Positions 11,640 through 24,996 of a stretch of DNA of 64,000 nucleotides are shown in pieces. The notes beneath the pieces are model-generated. The model saw nothing but the letters and a program-made list of their open reading frames with translations, did not search any database and was not told the DNA's origin. The translations under genes were made by a program, and so were the position numbers. Source of the DNA: Eledone cirrhosa (Eukaryota); the NCBI GenBank assembly GCA_964016885.1, contig OZ024740.1, positions 317,192,001 through 317,256,000 of the forward strand, given 5' to 3'. The first letter of the stretch is position 1. Each line of letters opens with the position of its first letter.

Positions 11640-12098
11640 TCTCAACAAGGATTTTAGACAGTACTTTCTTGAGTATATAGGCAGTGCCCAACAGGGCAGT
11701 CTTTTGTAGGAGAAAATTTGTGATTCGATGTCTATTTGCTTAAGGTACCCTCACAGTTTTTGTGACATCAAGCCTAAAGCTCTGGTGACAACTGGAAATA
11801 TCTTCATATTGTTAGGTGGTATTGACTGTATTCATGCAATTTCTATCTTCAAGTCAGAATATTTTGCTATTTTTCAAAGCAATGTTGTGGTTTACTGGGA
11901 TGGTGACATCAATAATATGGCATTCATATATTGTCACTGTCATCAAGGCCACTTTCTGGGACATGTTGGTACCACTCATTGGACACCTGATATCCATATG
12001 TTTTGCACACTCACCAGTGAATGTACATACAGAACTTGGCATGTCTACTTGAGCAAGCATTTTGTAAGCGGTCATTATATGGGTGACAATGTCTGTAT
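11640..12098 (-). pseudogene. RLE-clade (R4/Dong-like) LINE 3' ORF remnant
   Basis: Motifs HIMTAYKMLAQ, CHIIDVTIPVNHNI and LLQKTALLGTA correspond to the restriction-like endonuclease region. Confidence 0.7.
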
Positions 12099-12100
12099 TA

Positions 12101-12299
12101 CCATATATACTTAAATATAAGCTGGGGAATATATGACACCCCCAAAATCCATGGTAAAGTGGTGGTGGTGTTTGGGGTTGCTTATATTCACCATCTAAAC
12201 AATTAGCTGCCTTATCTTATAAATTGGGTTTTGGATTTTTGCCCATTTCTCAGATATAAAATGGAGGGGGTCCTCCAGCTTATATTCAAGTAAATATGG
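12101..12299. mobile_element. pogo/Tigger-type MITE
   Basis: TA|CCATATATACTTAAATATAAGC ... GCTTATATTCAAGTAAATATGG|TA. Partial copy at ~19430-19595. Confidence 0.75.
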
Positions 12300-12675
12300 T
12301 ATTTCCACACAGATGGTACTTTACACTTCCACCAAGATGATATATCCCTTTAGTCATTGACTTAGTACTCAATGCTTGGTCTTGGACTGAGACCAGCAGT
12401 GTTTCAGTCTCCCTGTGGAAGAACCAATCCCAAGACCAATTCAATCTTTAATTTAGACTCAGAACCTTAAACCAGAATACTAATCACTGCTATTGATTCT
12501 ACATGGTGATGTAGTTCACCTTGATCAACACACCAACACACATACATATGCAATGGCAGCCAGATTGAGTGATCTACATTAAACCCTGCCAAAAAAAAAA
12601 CAAAAAAAAACACATCAAAGAAGAATTTAAAAGTAACAACAGCTTACAGTGTTATGTTCCAAACACCAGCTTAAT

Positions 12676-12847
12676 AATTGTTTCTACTTTTGGCACAGTT
12701 AATCCAGTGCATTACTGGTACTTTATTTTATTGACCTCGTAAGGATGAAAGGTAAAGTTAACCTTACGTCCTTACGAGGTCAATAAAATAAAGTACCAGT
12801 AATGCACTGAGATAATTGCAGGCCTTGTGCCAAAAGTAGAAACAATT
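12676..12847. repeat. Fold-back of two SINE-B 3' halves inside a P2 MITE
   Basis: Perfect 41-bp stem (12705-12745 with 12769-12809) plus an outer 22-bp stem. Confidence 0.9.
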
Positions 12848-12996
12848 AAACGAGTATGTTAGTTATATTACAAAATCCCTCTAATTTTTTCATTATTTTA
12901 AAAAGGATTTGGAAACCATAGTCAGTGTCTTTTATTAGAACTTTGGTAACAAGCAAAGATAAATTATTCTCAAAAGTTTATAGAATATTCTTGTAA

Positions 12997-13092
12997 CCCT
13001 TTTAATAGCAAACCACCTGAAACTGATCCTACTTCTATAATAAATAACTGTTTATTTTAAAGTGTATATACAGGGTGTATGAAAATGAATCA

Positions 13093-13135
<43 letters not shown>

Positions 13136-13352
13136 GTAAATCAGATGATTTGCTTTGATACACCCTGTATTTATATAAAAAATCTTCCATCATAATTTTG
13201 AAGAAGAACCCTTGTTAAGTTATGTTCCAAACATGAGCTTAATAATGAGAAAGTTAATTGTGTTACTAAATCCCTTCAAAATCTTGAATATTTTCAAAAC
13301 TATTTGAAAATCATAAACAGTATATTTCATTTGAAATCTGGCAATGAAACGT
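12997..13352 (+). mobile_element. P2 MITE with a nested mariner-type MITE (13071-13167)
   Basis: P2 sequence interrupted at TA by CAGGGTGTAT...(TA)n...ATACACCCTG. Confidence 0.75.
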
Positions 13353-14307
13353 TTAATACAAGCAAAGATAAATTATTCTAAATTGTTTATAGTAAATTAT
13401 TTTAAAGTTGTGTGAATTAAACAAAATTAGAAAATTAATTGATTGAAAACTAAACCCTCATTTTAAAAAACTACTGTGATAAAACATAAATAGTACAGTA
13501 TAGCTAATGTTGCATTAATCTAATTAGCTCTAATTAGTGTAGCATACAGAAAAATATGCTTAAATGTTGGATAGTCAACAAATTCTGAGATATTTAGAAG
13601 ATGGAATCACTTACAATTAGAAAACTACTGGATTTACTCTTTATCAGGAGCAAAAAAATCTGCTTTCTTGGTAACCCTTAGGGATTAAAACTTGTATTTT
13701 CAAACCAGCCAAAAATATGTTATTGTTCAACTCCCTTTGTTGTTGAATACCCAATGACCCACACACCAGCGGACCCATGACCAAAGGTAATCAGATAATA
13801 CCTTGACATGTCCAAAATATTAGTAATGGGTTGAATTTCAATGTTTGACCAAGTCCCTTGTTCTGATCCTTGTCTTTAAACAGTCGGAAGCGTATTGAAA
13901 AGAAATCTGTTATACTGGCTCACAACTTGTTCCAGTTATCAGCAATGAATTTAGACATGCACAAATAACATGTTCACTTTGGTTACAAGAGATGATCTGT
14001 TTAAAGAACCACTCCCCTTTTATTAAATACTGATAACAATTGTTTAAATTTTATTTGTGGTTCGTGTGTATCTGATAAACAGCTCATGTTACAATCAATA
14101 TATACAGCTGTTGCTGCTCTAATACAGGTCTTGCAATCATGAAAGACCACACCCATTATCATTTCATTTTCATAATTGTGGTTGCCAATTTACCACTTTC
14201 CTCTTATCCTCCCAATAGTTTCTGCAGCTGGGTACTATCAGTTTTCCTTGTTACCATTAAAGGGATCCTCATTAGTAGACTGCACTAATCTATATTCTAC
14301 AAAAAAA

Positions 14308-14760
14308 ACAAATATCCTCCATCAAGCATCTACCATACTCTGAACACCTTGCTTCCCTGGGCATGGATACATTGAAACTTCGACGTCTGGCAACTGACTT
14401 GGTAAACACCCACAACATTATCAACCATCTTTCCAACAACAACCCTGAGTACCTTTTTTAATTCAATGTGTCTAACATCTGTGGACATGCTTACAAAATC
14501 AGAAAACAGCACAGCTCCCATGACTTTTGGAAACATTTTTTCACACTCAGAGTTGCTGAAACATGGAACAAACTCCCTGCATCAGTTATTAGCTGTCAGA
14601 ACACTGCATCCTTCAAAATGTCCATGCTTCCCAAAATTTGCCAACACTACACCTGATATTCACCCTCTATTCACACACGTGTGTGTATATCATGACTCAT
14701 ACACTGTACACTTTCCTGACATTTGTACATTATTCTATGTACTATACATACACCTTTGAT
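14308..14760 (+). mobile_element. CR1-like LINE 3' end
   Basis: IKHLPYSEHLASLGMDTLKLRRLATDL...CGHAYKIRKQ..FFTLRVAETWNKLP is the CR1/L2 ORF2 C-terminus, followed by the shared 3' UTR. Confidence 0.85.
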
Positions 14761-14769
14761 GGTCTAAGG

Positions 14770-15043
14770 CAACAGTCCCCAACCTTTTTATTGCTCCACT
14801 GACTGGTGACTCATTGATCCTCTATAACAACTGCGTCTCAATGTCCTCTGCTATTTCATCAATTCATCTAGTTATGGTGCTCGCCAAAAGAGGAACCATT
14901 GCTACCTTTTAAACTGGAGCCTCTCCTAAAACTTCATGGTAAATGTGCTTAGTGGCAGACAGGATCAACTCTTCACCAATAGTGAAGGGCTTCTTAGTAG
15001 CCCAGTACCAAATGGTCCACAGTCCAGTGGTTTGAGACTGCTG
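14770..15043 (-). mobile_element. Internally deleted hAT Buster/Charlie element
   Basis: 8-bp TSD GTCTAAGG at 14762-14769 and 15044-15051. TIRs CAACAGTCCCCAACC and CAGCAGTCTCAAACC. Internal peptide KKPFTIGEELIL...VPLLASTITR*IDEIAEDIETQLL*RINESP. Confidence 0.9.
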
Positions 15044-16197
15044 GTCTAAGGGAATACTTGTAGTAGTCTGGTGTAAGGTTTGATTATCTTCAGTGATTTC
15101 ATGGACTTAATTTGAAAAGAAGCAGGCTTCTTATAATTTTTGTAGATCTTCCCTGACTGGGTAAAATTGATGTGGTGTATATTCAGTTTGAATAACTATG
15201 AATAGATACACACACACACACTACTCAGTGAGAAGAATTTCAAAAGGAACGGTTCTGAAGATGAGAGATTAGGGTATATTTTTATGTGGGAACTGGAAGA
15301 TGAAACACAGTGAAAGTAAGGACAGTAGGAGATTTATTTGAGCCTGGAGTTTGTCAATAGTTATTTTAGATGAGAAGAGGCTGTTATAGTCTGAGAAAGA
15401 GAAGAAACAGCATGCCTGTGAGCTAGAGGTTGTTGGTGAGACAATTCTTGCTAATTAGTTAAATAACTTTATTTTATATGTAGTAGCAACACTGTCTAAG
15501 ATATGTGGGCTGTATTTATATTGAGCACTCAATGATTTTATTAGTTACCAACTCCTTAACTGACAATACTACTATCATATTCAATAATATTTCTTTATAC
15601 ACTACCATCGCTGCCACTACTTCAGCTTACCCCCAACAATGCCAAAGCAGTCCTATTTCTTTCCCCACTAATTATCTCCCTGCAGAGAAAACGTTTGCCT
15701 TCATAGTTGTCTCCCTTACACAAGTTTAATAATGGGACTATTTATGCAGTATTTTGCTCAAAGGATTACATCTTCCATTGAACATTTTTATGGTGAGGTA
15801 ATAAATTATAAATTATGTAAATAAAAACAAAGTGTTTTTGTTTTTCTTTCTAAAATACATTCTCCTACTGAGTAAAGATTTCAAGGAATGTTTAAGGCGA
15901 TAGATTTCAGCGTTGGAAGGATTTCAGCCAATTTTTAGTGGTAGCATAAACTGCACCAGGAAACAACATCAACAATAATAATAATAAATATCAAAACAAA
16001 AATAAAACGACAGTGCACTCTTAGTGAGAAATTTTTTTTACAAAACTTTGCTGCCAAATAAGAATGACTCATTATATATATACACTAGGTGTGGTTCAAT
16101 AAAATAAACTGCTGTACTGTTTACAGTCAACATACATTATCACTACTATGTTTAATAGAAACATCTCTAATCTACTCCTCTCATAAGCATCTCTCTC

Positions 16198-16680
16198 ACT
16201 CATCATCACCGTTTTACGTCCATTTTTCCATGCTGGCCTGGGTTAGACGAGTTGTCCTGTTGTGGGTAATGTTACGTCAGGTGACCATGTCTTGCTCAAA
16301 CAGAACTGATTTGGGCTTGGTTTCTACAGTTGAATGCCCTTCCTAATGCTAATCTTATTTACAGTGTGGACTGGGTGCTTTTTGTCATGGCACCTACATG
16401 ACCACTTCAGTGTGTGGACTGGGTGCTTTTTGTTGTCACCATCATGACCTCTTTACAGTGTGGACTGGGTGCTTTTTGTTGTGTCACCATCATGACTACT
16501 TTACAGTGTGGACTGGGTGCTTTTTGTTGTCACCATCATGACCTCTTTACAGTGTGGACTGAGTGCTTTTTGTTGTGTCACCATCATGACCTCTTTACAG
16601 TGTGGACTGGGTGCTTTTTGTCCTGATACCTGCACGACCACTTTACAGTGTGGGATGGGCGCTTTTTACCGTGTCATAAG
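16198..16680 (-). mobile_element. RTE-tailed SINE family E with an internal ~42-44-bp tandem array
   Basis: (GAT)n tail with CCAGCATGGAAAAATGGACGT. Repeated unit CAGTGTGGACTGGGTGCTTTTTG..ACCATCATGACCTCTTTA. Confidence 0.8.
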
Positions 16681-17447
16681 AATGTCAACTACAATTTGTG
16701 ATATGGTGAAATTGTTGACTTTGGAATGAGCTAGGTTTGTGTATCTGATTCAATTCTGTTACTGTCTTACTGGAGAATTTGATGTAAACATTAGAAACCA
16801 TCCAAATAAATCAGTTTCTAATTAATTCCATGCACTTATGGGTTTTTCTCTTTGTGTTCTTACCAATTATGTAAAACAATGAAAGGTATGTACTTTCCAA
16901 GAACATAATGCTCTGATTATCTTTACAACTGATACTACCAAACCAGTAACTTATTTGATTTGCTAGAATTAATGGATGAATCTACTTCAAATTACACCCT
17001 ACCTTCTTAGAAATAAAAGGAAGACCATATTGGACAATGTAGTTTAAAGTCTACATAATGGTCACAATTGGAACTCCTATGGTTGATATGGACAGACACA
17101 TGTTTAAACAACAACAACCACTGACTACCACATTACTATAACCAACACAGATCACCACAGACACCTCTATATAACTACAATCAACTGAAAGCAATGCGGA
17201 GAGTGCCTTTACATGGCTACCACACATGCTAGAAGCAGCAGCTAATTATCTGATGTTTAGTTTAAATTGTAGGTGGTTTGGATGGTATTTGGTTAAACAT
17301 GGGAAGAGAGAATCTTCCAGAGAAGAAATACATTCGAAGTAGTGAAAACAGATGTAAATATCCCAAGGACCTCTCATCTAAATAGCCAAATACCACATCA
17401 TTTCATGTGTCCTAGCAATCACAATAAGGTTTATTACTGTGGACACA

Positions 17448-17690
17448 GCTTGGCCAAATAGTTAAGAGGTTTGCATCACAATCTTTAGGTCCTGGGTTGA
17501 ATCTCAATGTGTGAAATATTGAGCATCATATACCACAGCCCAGGTTGATCTATGCCTTGTGAATGAAACTATGAAACTAAAATAGATATGATAGAAATTA
17601 TTTGGAAGTTCATTTTAGCCACTTACATGTTAGTATCATGAGCTGCAGGATATTCCTTTAATCAAACAACTGGAACACTCATTGTTCAAA
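17448..17690 (+). mobile_element. tRNA-derived SINE, family C (degenerate)
   Basis: Head GGTTAAGA.GTTTGC..CACAA..GGTCCTGGGTT and central GCCTTGTG.GTGAAA..GATAGA.GGAAAC. Copies at 19148, 21635/22010, 51735, 54215(-) and 58405. Confidence 0.6.
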
Positions 17691-17884
17691 CTGAAGGGGG
17701 GGGGGGCCCATCCCATTCTGTGTTTGCTATGACGGCCATTTTTTTACAAGTTCTGTAAAGATGTTCATCAACATACTGAACCATGTGCCACATACATGTG
17801 GGAACAATGTTGACCAATATATGAGATGATGTTCTCCATTATATCATGCCATGCTTACCATCTCATTATGCTATTTAGCTCAAG

Positions 17885-18120
17885 GGGGGTAGATTGGCAC
17901 AACTGTTAGGGTGTTGGACAAAATATTTTGCAGCATTTAGTTACAGCCTTTTACATTCTGAGTTCAAATTCCAGCAAGGTCAACTTTACATTACATCTTT
18001 CCAAGGTCAACAAAATAAAGTACCAGTCAAGTACCCAGATGGAGGGGGTGGGGGCTCAATGTATTTGTCTTTCCTTTCCTCTAAAAATTGTTGGCCTTGT
18101 GTCAAAATTAGAAATCATTA
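17885..18120 (+). mobile_element. SINE family B
   Basis: GATTGGCA head, GAGTTCAAATT B-box, GGCCTTGTGTCAAAATTAGAAA tail. Confidence 0.75.
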
Positions 18121-19147
18121 CATTATCTAACACAGGTGTCATAAAAATACAATTACTTGTGTCAAAGGTTGTGAGGCAGTTAAGTTGTCAGATGTTCACA
18201 AAGAGAGGAAGGCTGGTATGTTTTATGGACATAAGTATGTCAACAGAATTAAACTAACTGGCACCATATTTGACCAAACTAAGAAAACAGGTGGTTCTTG
18301 AACTTACTAGAAATAACAGCAAAATTGTCCTCAAATTATATACCCTTCTTGTCTTAAAAAAAGACAGGATTATCAGGGTTACCATAACCCTAACCTTTGG
18401 TTATAGTTCTGCTCAGGCAGAGCTGATCTGGGGTAAATAATAGCAACATTAAAAAAAAGAAACAATTTAGACTGTTAGTAAATTCTGTATCTTTTACATC
18501 CTTCATAGATTACTAAGATAATGGCACCGTTACCACCAGCATAATGGTATTAAACCAGTCATATCAGTTCTTAGTTAGCTGCAGCAAGAGGACATTCAAA
18601 GCTCTTTGCAGGTTCTCTCATACTGGGGAGTTTGATGTAATTAGCCCTCTGTAATGATTTACCAAAAAATGTCTAAAAAAACAAGTTTGTTAATTCAAAT
18701 GCTTGTAGTATAGACTGTTGTGAACATTTATAGTAAACTAAAGTAAAGACTTTAGATTTTAATATGATGCTATCATAGTGCTGTTTTCTACTTTTCAAGA
18801 ATGTTTTGCTAATGTGGTTTCGTGTAGTACAGGTTTACCATCATCATCAAACTAACATCTGTTTTCTAACAAGACTTGGACAGGTCATCACAGACTAAGT
18901 CAGTACTCAAGTGAAGCTATTGACTTTTGGGATGAGCTGGGAGGAGGGGGGGGGGGCTACACCTTACATCCGTTTCCCACACTCTACTGAGTACATTTTA
19001 TCATGGCACCAGCACTAGAGAGGTTGTCATGTCATTGATACATTCTAAAAGTCCTCCAGACCATTTGTTTGGCAGATTTATGTCAGTAGGAAATACATTA
19101 GATAAAACAAAAAGCTGATTTTGAAAGAGAATCTATTGATATTAGAC

Positions 19148-19400
19148 AACTTGGCTGAATGGTTAAGAAGTTTGCTTCACAATAATTAGGTCCTGGGTTC
19201 AATCTCAGTGTGAGACATCTTGGACAAGTGCCTTGTGGGTGAAATTGGATAGATGGAAACTGATGAGAAACCTGTTGGATGGACTGTACCTGTAATTCAA
19301 AGAAAGGGCCAGCCTTGTCACACATTGTGGCATGCTGAATCTCCCTGAGAATTACGTTAAGGATACACATGTCAGTGGGATGCTCAGTTATTAATAAGTG
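19148..19400 (+). mobile_element. SINE family C
   Basis: TGGCTGAATGGTTAAGAAGTTTGCTT..GGGTTCAATCTC head with the family body. Confidence 0.7.
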
Positions 19401-19611
19401 GAAATTACCTGTAATTGAAAGGATCAACTCCACTATTTTATGTCTGAGAAATGGGCAAAAATCCAAACCTTTTTACACAGAATTTGAAGTTGGTAAAAAA
19501 ATCATCAAAATATTAACCCCAAATTTAAGCTGACCTCCTTCTACCACTGAATTTTTGGTCACATATTCCTTGGCTTATATTCGAGTATATACAATATATT
19601 ATCATTAACTA

Positions 19612-20205
19612 TGCAGTGGATTGGTAGAATTGTTAGGGTGTCGAACAAAGTACTTTGTGATATTTATTCTGGCTCTTTATGTTCTGTATTCAAACCCTGC
19701 TGAGGTCAATTTTGCCTTTGTTCCTTTAAGGGTTGATAAAATAAAGTGTCAGTCATGCACTGAAGTTGATTTAATCAGCTTTTCCCCCTCTCCAAAATTG
19801 CTGAACTATGTTAGAAACTACTATCATTGATTATGACCTCTCACTCACAAAATATTCAACCTATGTTTTCGATAGAAGAGGGGTAATAGATGTCATAGTC
19901 GGTAGAGCACTAGACAAAATACTTCATAGTATTTAGGTAACATTTCTGTACATTCTAAGTTCATGGAGTCAACATTACTTTTTATCCTTCTGAGGTCAAT
20001 AAACAAAGTACCAGTTAAATAATGGTTTTCAATAGAACCAACTCCCCCCCAAAATGCGTGACTTTCTTGCTGAGGTTAGCTTTGCTTTTCATCCTTACAG
20101 AGTTGATAAAATAAAGTACCAGTAATACACTGGGGGTCGATTCAATCGACTTTCCCCTTGCCCCAATTGCTGGCCTTGTGTCTATAGTAGAAATCATTGT
20201 TATTG
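19612..20205 (+). mobile_element. Cluster of three SINE-B copies or fragments
   Basis: Family motifs at 19612-19830, 19895-20014 and 20067-20205. Confidence 0.75.
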
Positions 20206-20609
20206 TTATATGCTATAATACAAAAGGGTGGAACCACAGAATTTGTCTATAAGCCAGTTTTTGATTTCTGTTCTAAACAGCAGTTCTACCTCATGCAGCT
20301 TATAATTGTTGAAGCTTTTAGAGCAGAGACTTACAAAATTTCACATTGACAGCACGCTTTTAAAAAATGATATTTTTCATGATGCATTAATATTGTTTTT
20401 ACTGTTTATTTAGGGAAGGAAGGTATTCCCAAAACTGATGGGATAGGAAGAAAAGGGAGGGAGGAAGATATTTTCAAACCAGAGATCTAACCCAAAAATG
20501 TTTGTAGCTAGGTGGATTCTACTAAAAGCACATTAAAACCAAGTGGTGGTGTGAAACCAGGCAACAGATTAAGTCTACCACCCAAGTTTTGTTAGCAAAA
20601 CCAAATATA

Positions 20610-20806
20610 TAATAATGGTTTCTGATTTAGGCACAAGATCAACAATTTTAGAGGAGGGGCAAGTCGATTAAATCGACCCCAGTGCATTACTGATACTTTA
20701 TTTCATCAACACCATAAGGATTTCATCAACACCATAAGGTAAAACTCAGCGGGATTTGAACTCAGAACGTAAAGGGCCGTAACTCTATGCTGCAAAGCAT
20801 GGTGGC
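20610..20806 (-). mobile_element. SINE family B
   Basis: Reverse complement of the family consensus (GGGATTTGAACTCAGAACGTAAAGGGCCGTAACTCTATGC). Confidence 0.85.
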
Positions 20807-21293
20807 CAAATATAAAATAATGTAAAATGTAGCTTATATGAAGAATTGTCAGATCTGAAATATACTTCATAGTCAAATGTTCATAAACATTGATCAACCA
20901 ATTTTCAAACATCTTTTTGTTTCTTCACAAGATCACCTCATCAATTATCCCTTCCATTAATTAAGACAGTTCAAATTCTAGAAAAACATTCCACAGCCAA
21001 ATTGCAACAGTAGGAAATGTCTCTGATTTATATATTGATAACAAAAGCCAGACAGAAGAAATAAATAAGCAAACACGTAGTGGAATAAAATTGTCAACTT
21101 AGACAAATAAAATTAAGATTTAAAACACGTGGTACAGTAGGTATTTTTTCAAAGTAGACATTCCTTGTTAGTTTGATTACCTATGGTCTTTGATGTATAC
21201 AAATATCGCAAGGTGAATGTTTCCTCAGGTTAATGTTACCTTTTAGCAGAAAAAAATTAGCTGCAGTTAGTTAACTGATGTAGATCATTTTAA

Positions 21294-21484
21294 ACCTTTT
21301 AGCATTTACATTACTCTATATTTACTATTGTATCGAAACAGCTTTACCTCACATAATATCAAATCTATGAGATTTTCATATTTATTTTGAGAACAATACC
21401 TTATGAGCGGCTAGTTACGGCCAGTTTGAACAGAAAAGGGAGAGAGAATTCTGGCTGAATACAGCCAGTTTAAATGCTAAAAGG
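21294..21484 (+). mobile_element. P1 MITE
   Basis: TTAA-flanked with family TIRs. Confidence 0.85.
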
Positions 21485-21766
21485 TTAAGTATGCCTTGTT
21501 TTCTCTGCTAGCAAAGAGGGTTGATTGTGTCATCTCAGAACAGTCAGGATTCAAGTGGAGCTGCTTTACTCCAGGTGGGTGTTAGGGTCATGCACCCTGC
21601 TTACATATGTACCTGTATTTTACCAGTCTTGAATTGCCTTAGTTTGTGAGTGAAATTTGGTAAACAGAAACAGTGTAGAAGCCTGTTGATTGATTGTACC
21701 TGTAAATTCAACTGTCCAGTTTTGTCAAACATTTGTCATATTGTTTTGATCGAAAAATTATGTTAA

Positions 21767-22005
21767 CCCTTTCATGGCCCTATTTCTAATTAAATACACT
21801 CTGACTTAATTAATTAATGAAGAATTTTGAGAGATTTATTTAAATTATTCCATTTCTGCATTGTTTTTACACAAACAAACACATAGTTCTTATATGAAAT
21901 TATGCTGGAAGATTTTAATTTAAATAGGAACCATTTAAAATAGATGAATTTGTTTCATAAATTCATAAAACCAGAGCAGGGATTGGCTGGGTTTGTATTA
22001 AAGGA
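21767..22005 (-). mobile_element. P3 MITE inserted in a SINE-C copy
   Basis: TTAA at 21763 and 22006. SINE-C sequence resumes on both sides. Confidence 0.7.
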
Positions 22006-22274
22006 TTAATCCTTTACATGTGTCTGTGGAATACTCAGCCATGTATATGTTAATTTTAATGAGTAGGTTAATTCAGTTGATTGACCATCTGATTGCTTTT
22101 TTGTTGAAACTGATGTAGAATCCCTCATCATAATTACTGCTGCAGCATCATGTAGCATTTGGAAATAGTCAGTGACTACTTATGTCTGAAATACTGTCAG
22201 AGAAGAACATTTATCTTTGATGAAATTCTAGTTGTTGTTTGGTAGGTTAGGTAGACATATTGTCAATGGTGATG

Positions 22275-22902
<628 letters not shown>

Positions 22903-22911
22903 TATATTGGT

Positions 22912-23195
22912 AGCACAAAGCATCTAGCCCACACTGAAAAGTGGTTGTATAGGTGTCACAACAAAAAGCTCCCAGCACACACTGTAAAGTGGTCATGTAG
23001 GAATCACAATAAAAAACACCCAGCACTCACTGTAAATGAGGTTGGTGTTAGGAAGGGCATCCAGCTGTAGCAAACCAGCCAGAAACAGTCTTATATGAGT
23101 GAGACATTGTCACCCAATCCAACTTGTCTCTAATTAGAAACATGTCTAATCCATGTTAGCATGGAAAATAGACATTAAACAATGATGATGATGAT
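22912..23195 (+). mobile_element. SINE family E
   Basis: Three ~43-bp units, then GTTAGGAAGGGCATCCAGCTGTAG..CCATGTTAGCATGGAAAATAGACATTAAAC..(GAT)n. Confidence 0.8.
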
Positions 23196-23246
23196 TTCAG
23201 CCATGAACATACCCTATTTTTTTTCTAGAATTTAATCTTCCTTTAA

Positions 23247-23465
23247 CTCTTTAGCATTTAAACCGGCCATATCTGGCCAGAATTCTCTCACCTCTTTCTG
23301 ATCAAACCGGCTGTAACTAACTACACATACTGATATTAAGGTATTGTTCTCAAAATAAATAATATCAAAATCTCATAGATACGATATTATGTGAGATATC
23401 TATGTGAGATATCTATGTGAGATATCTATGTGAGATAAAGCCTTTACCACAAAAATGGGTAAGGG
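23247..23465 (-). mobile_element. P1 MITE with an internal 13-bp tandem expansion
   Basis: TTAA-flanked. TATGTGAGATATC repeated about 4 times at ~23388-23437. Confidence 0.85.
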
Positions 23466-24597
23466 TTAAATATGCTAGTCTCAAGTCAAGATATTAAACT
23501 AGATAAAGAAGGAAATGTTGGAGGGGGGGGGGGGAGTTTTCTGGTTGATAAAACTGCTACTAGGTTTTCAGATTATCATTGTTAATGGAAGTTGCAGATC
23601 AGATCACAGATAGGTGTTACTAAGGTTACCAGCAGATAGAGAATGAAAAACAAAAGTATATTGGAAGGGTCAGTTATAGAAAGAACTGTAGACAACAGTT
23701 AAATAGTTCCAGCTGGCAAGTAATAGCAGAGGAACTTGTGTATCAGAGACAACAGTTCCAATTCACAACAGCAACTGAGACACTCCTACTCTCTTTCTTT
23801 CTCTCACTAACATTCACAACATAGCTGAATGCTTGTCATTTTCCCATCAGACATTACGGAGACATTGAATTACACCTCAAACATTAAATAAGTAATAAAA
23901 TAAAATAAACAATTGACAAACGATTCTTTATCAAAATCTGAAAAAGTAATTGCAGCCAATTTCTGGCTGATGGTTGGTGAGATTTTATGAGACTTTGTTA
24001 CTTCAATGTAAGCATACTATTACGCAATAGATTGTAATTAGCACAAAAGGTTGTAGTCTAGACTTTTAATTATTGCTACCACTAAGTGTTGGCTGGGAAT
24101 GCTTTTAATTGGCTTCAGTTTTTCATCAAAAGTAATTACCAGTAACGGTCAAGTGATACAAGTTAGCCAATGATACAATCCTGATATGAAAACTACCCGT
24201 CTTCATGGTGTGAATACTTTCCACTGACTTACTGTGAGTCAACACTTCAGCAGACGGCCTAGAAATCTGAATCACTTCAACTTGTCAATTCTAGCAGGTC
24301 GCATAAAATAAAATAAAATGAAATAAAAATAAATAAATAAAAGAAATAGATAAAAGAAATTCTTACAAATTCCATTTATTTCAAATGCAACAAATTTATC
24401 AAGGAAAAATATTTTTAGAATGTCTAGACATTCAATTAGGGTAATGTTGAGATTGTTGCAGAAGAATACCATCAGTTTTAATTAGCATACAGACTGACCA
24501 TTGTCAAGAGGAATTAATAATTATATATATATATATATATACATATACATATGTGTGTGTGTGTGTGTGTATGGAGAGAGAGAGAGGAGTGAGAGAG

Positions 24598-24657
<60 letters not shown>

Positions 24658-24996
24658 AGGTAGTGCTTCCTATCTATTTTCATCAACAATACATTCTCAC
24701 AATCCAAGCTTTATTTGGCTTTTCTTTGACTGGTCAACAGAGTTCACTGTATATAGGTGATGCCACAAAAGTTCGCATCAAAATATATATATTCTAGCAA
24801 CCTCAAAGCTTAATAATGAATTCCAGATAAAAATAAAATCATTGTGGAATACAATATTATTCCACATAAGCACAGACACTATGTATTATCATATGAGATA
24901 GTGCTAAGCAGTAATATAAAACCTCACCACCATAAGTTAGGCATGTTATAGTTGTTTAGCCCTAGGTCACTCCTATTGGAGCTGCTGCATGATTAA

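Noticed and set aside
13609-13740. Minus-strand GTAAGT donor at ~13615 as an additional coding exon
   Set aside because: There is an in-frame stop just upstream in the required phase and no domain-like peptide. The adjacent 13.6-14.3 kb unique sequence remains unexplained.
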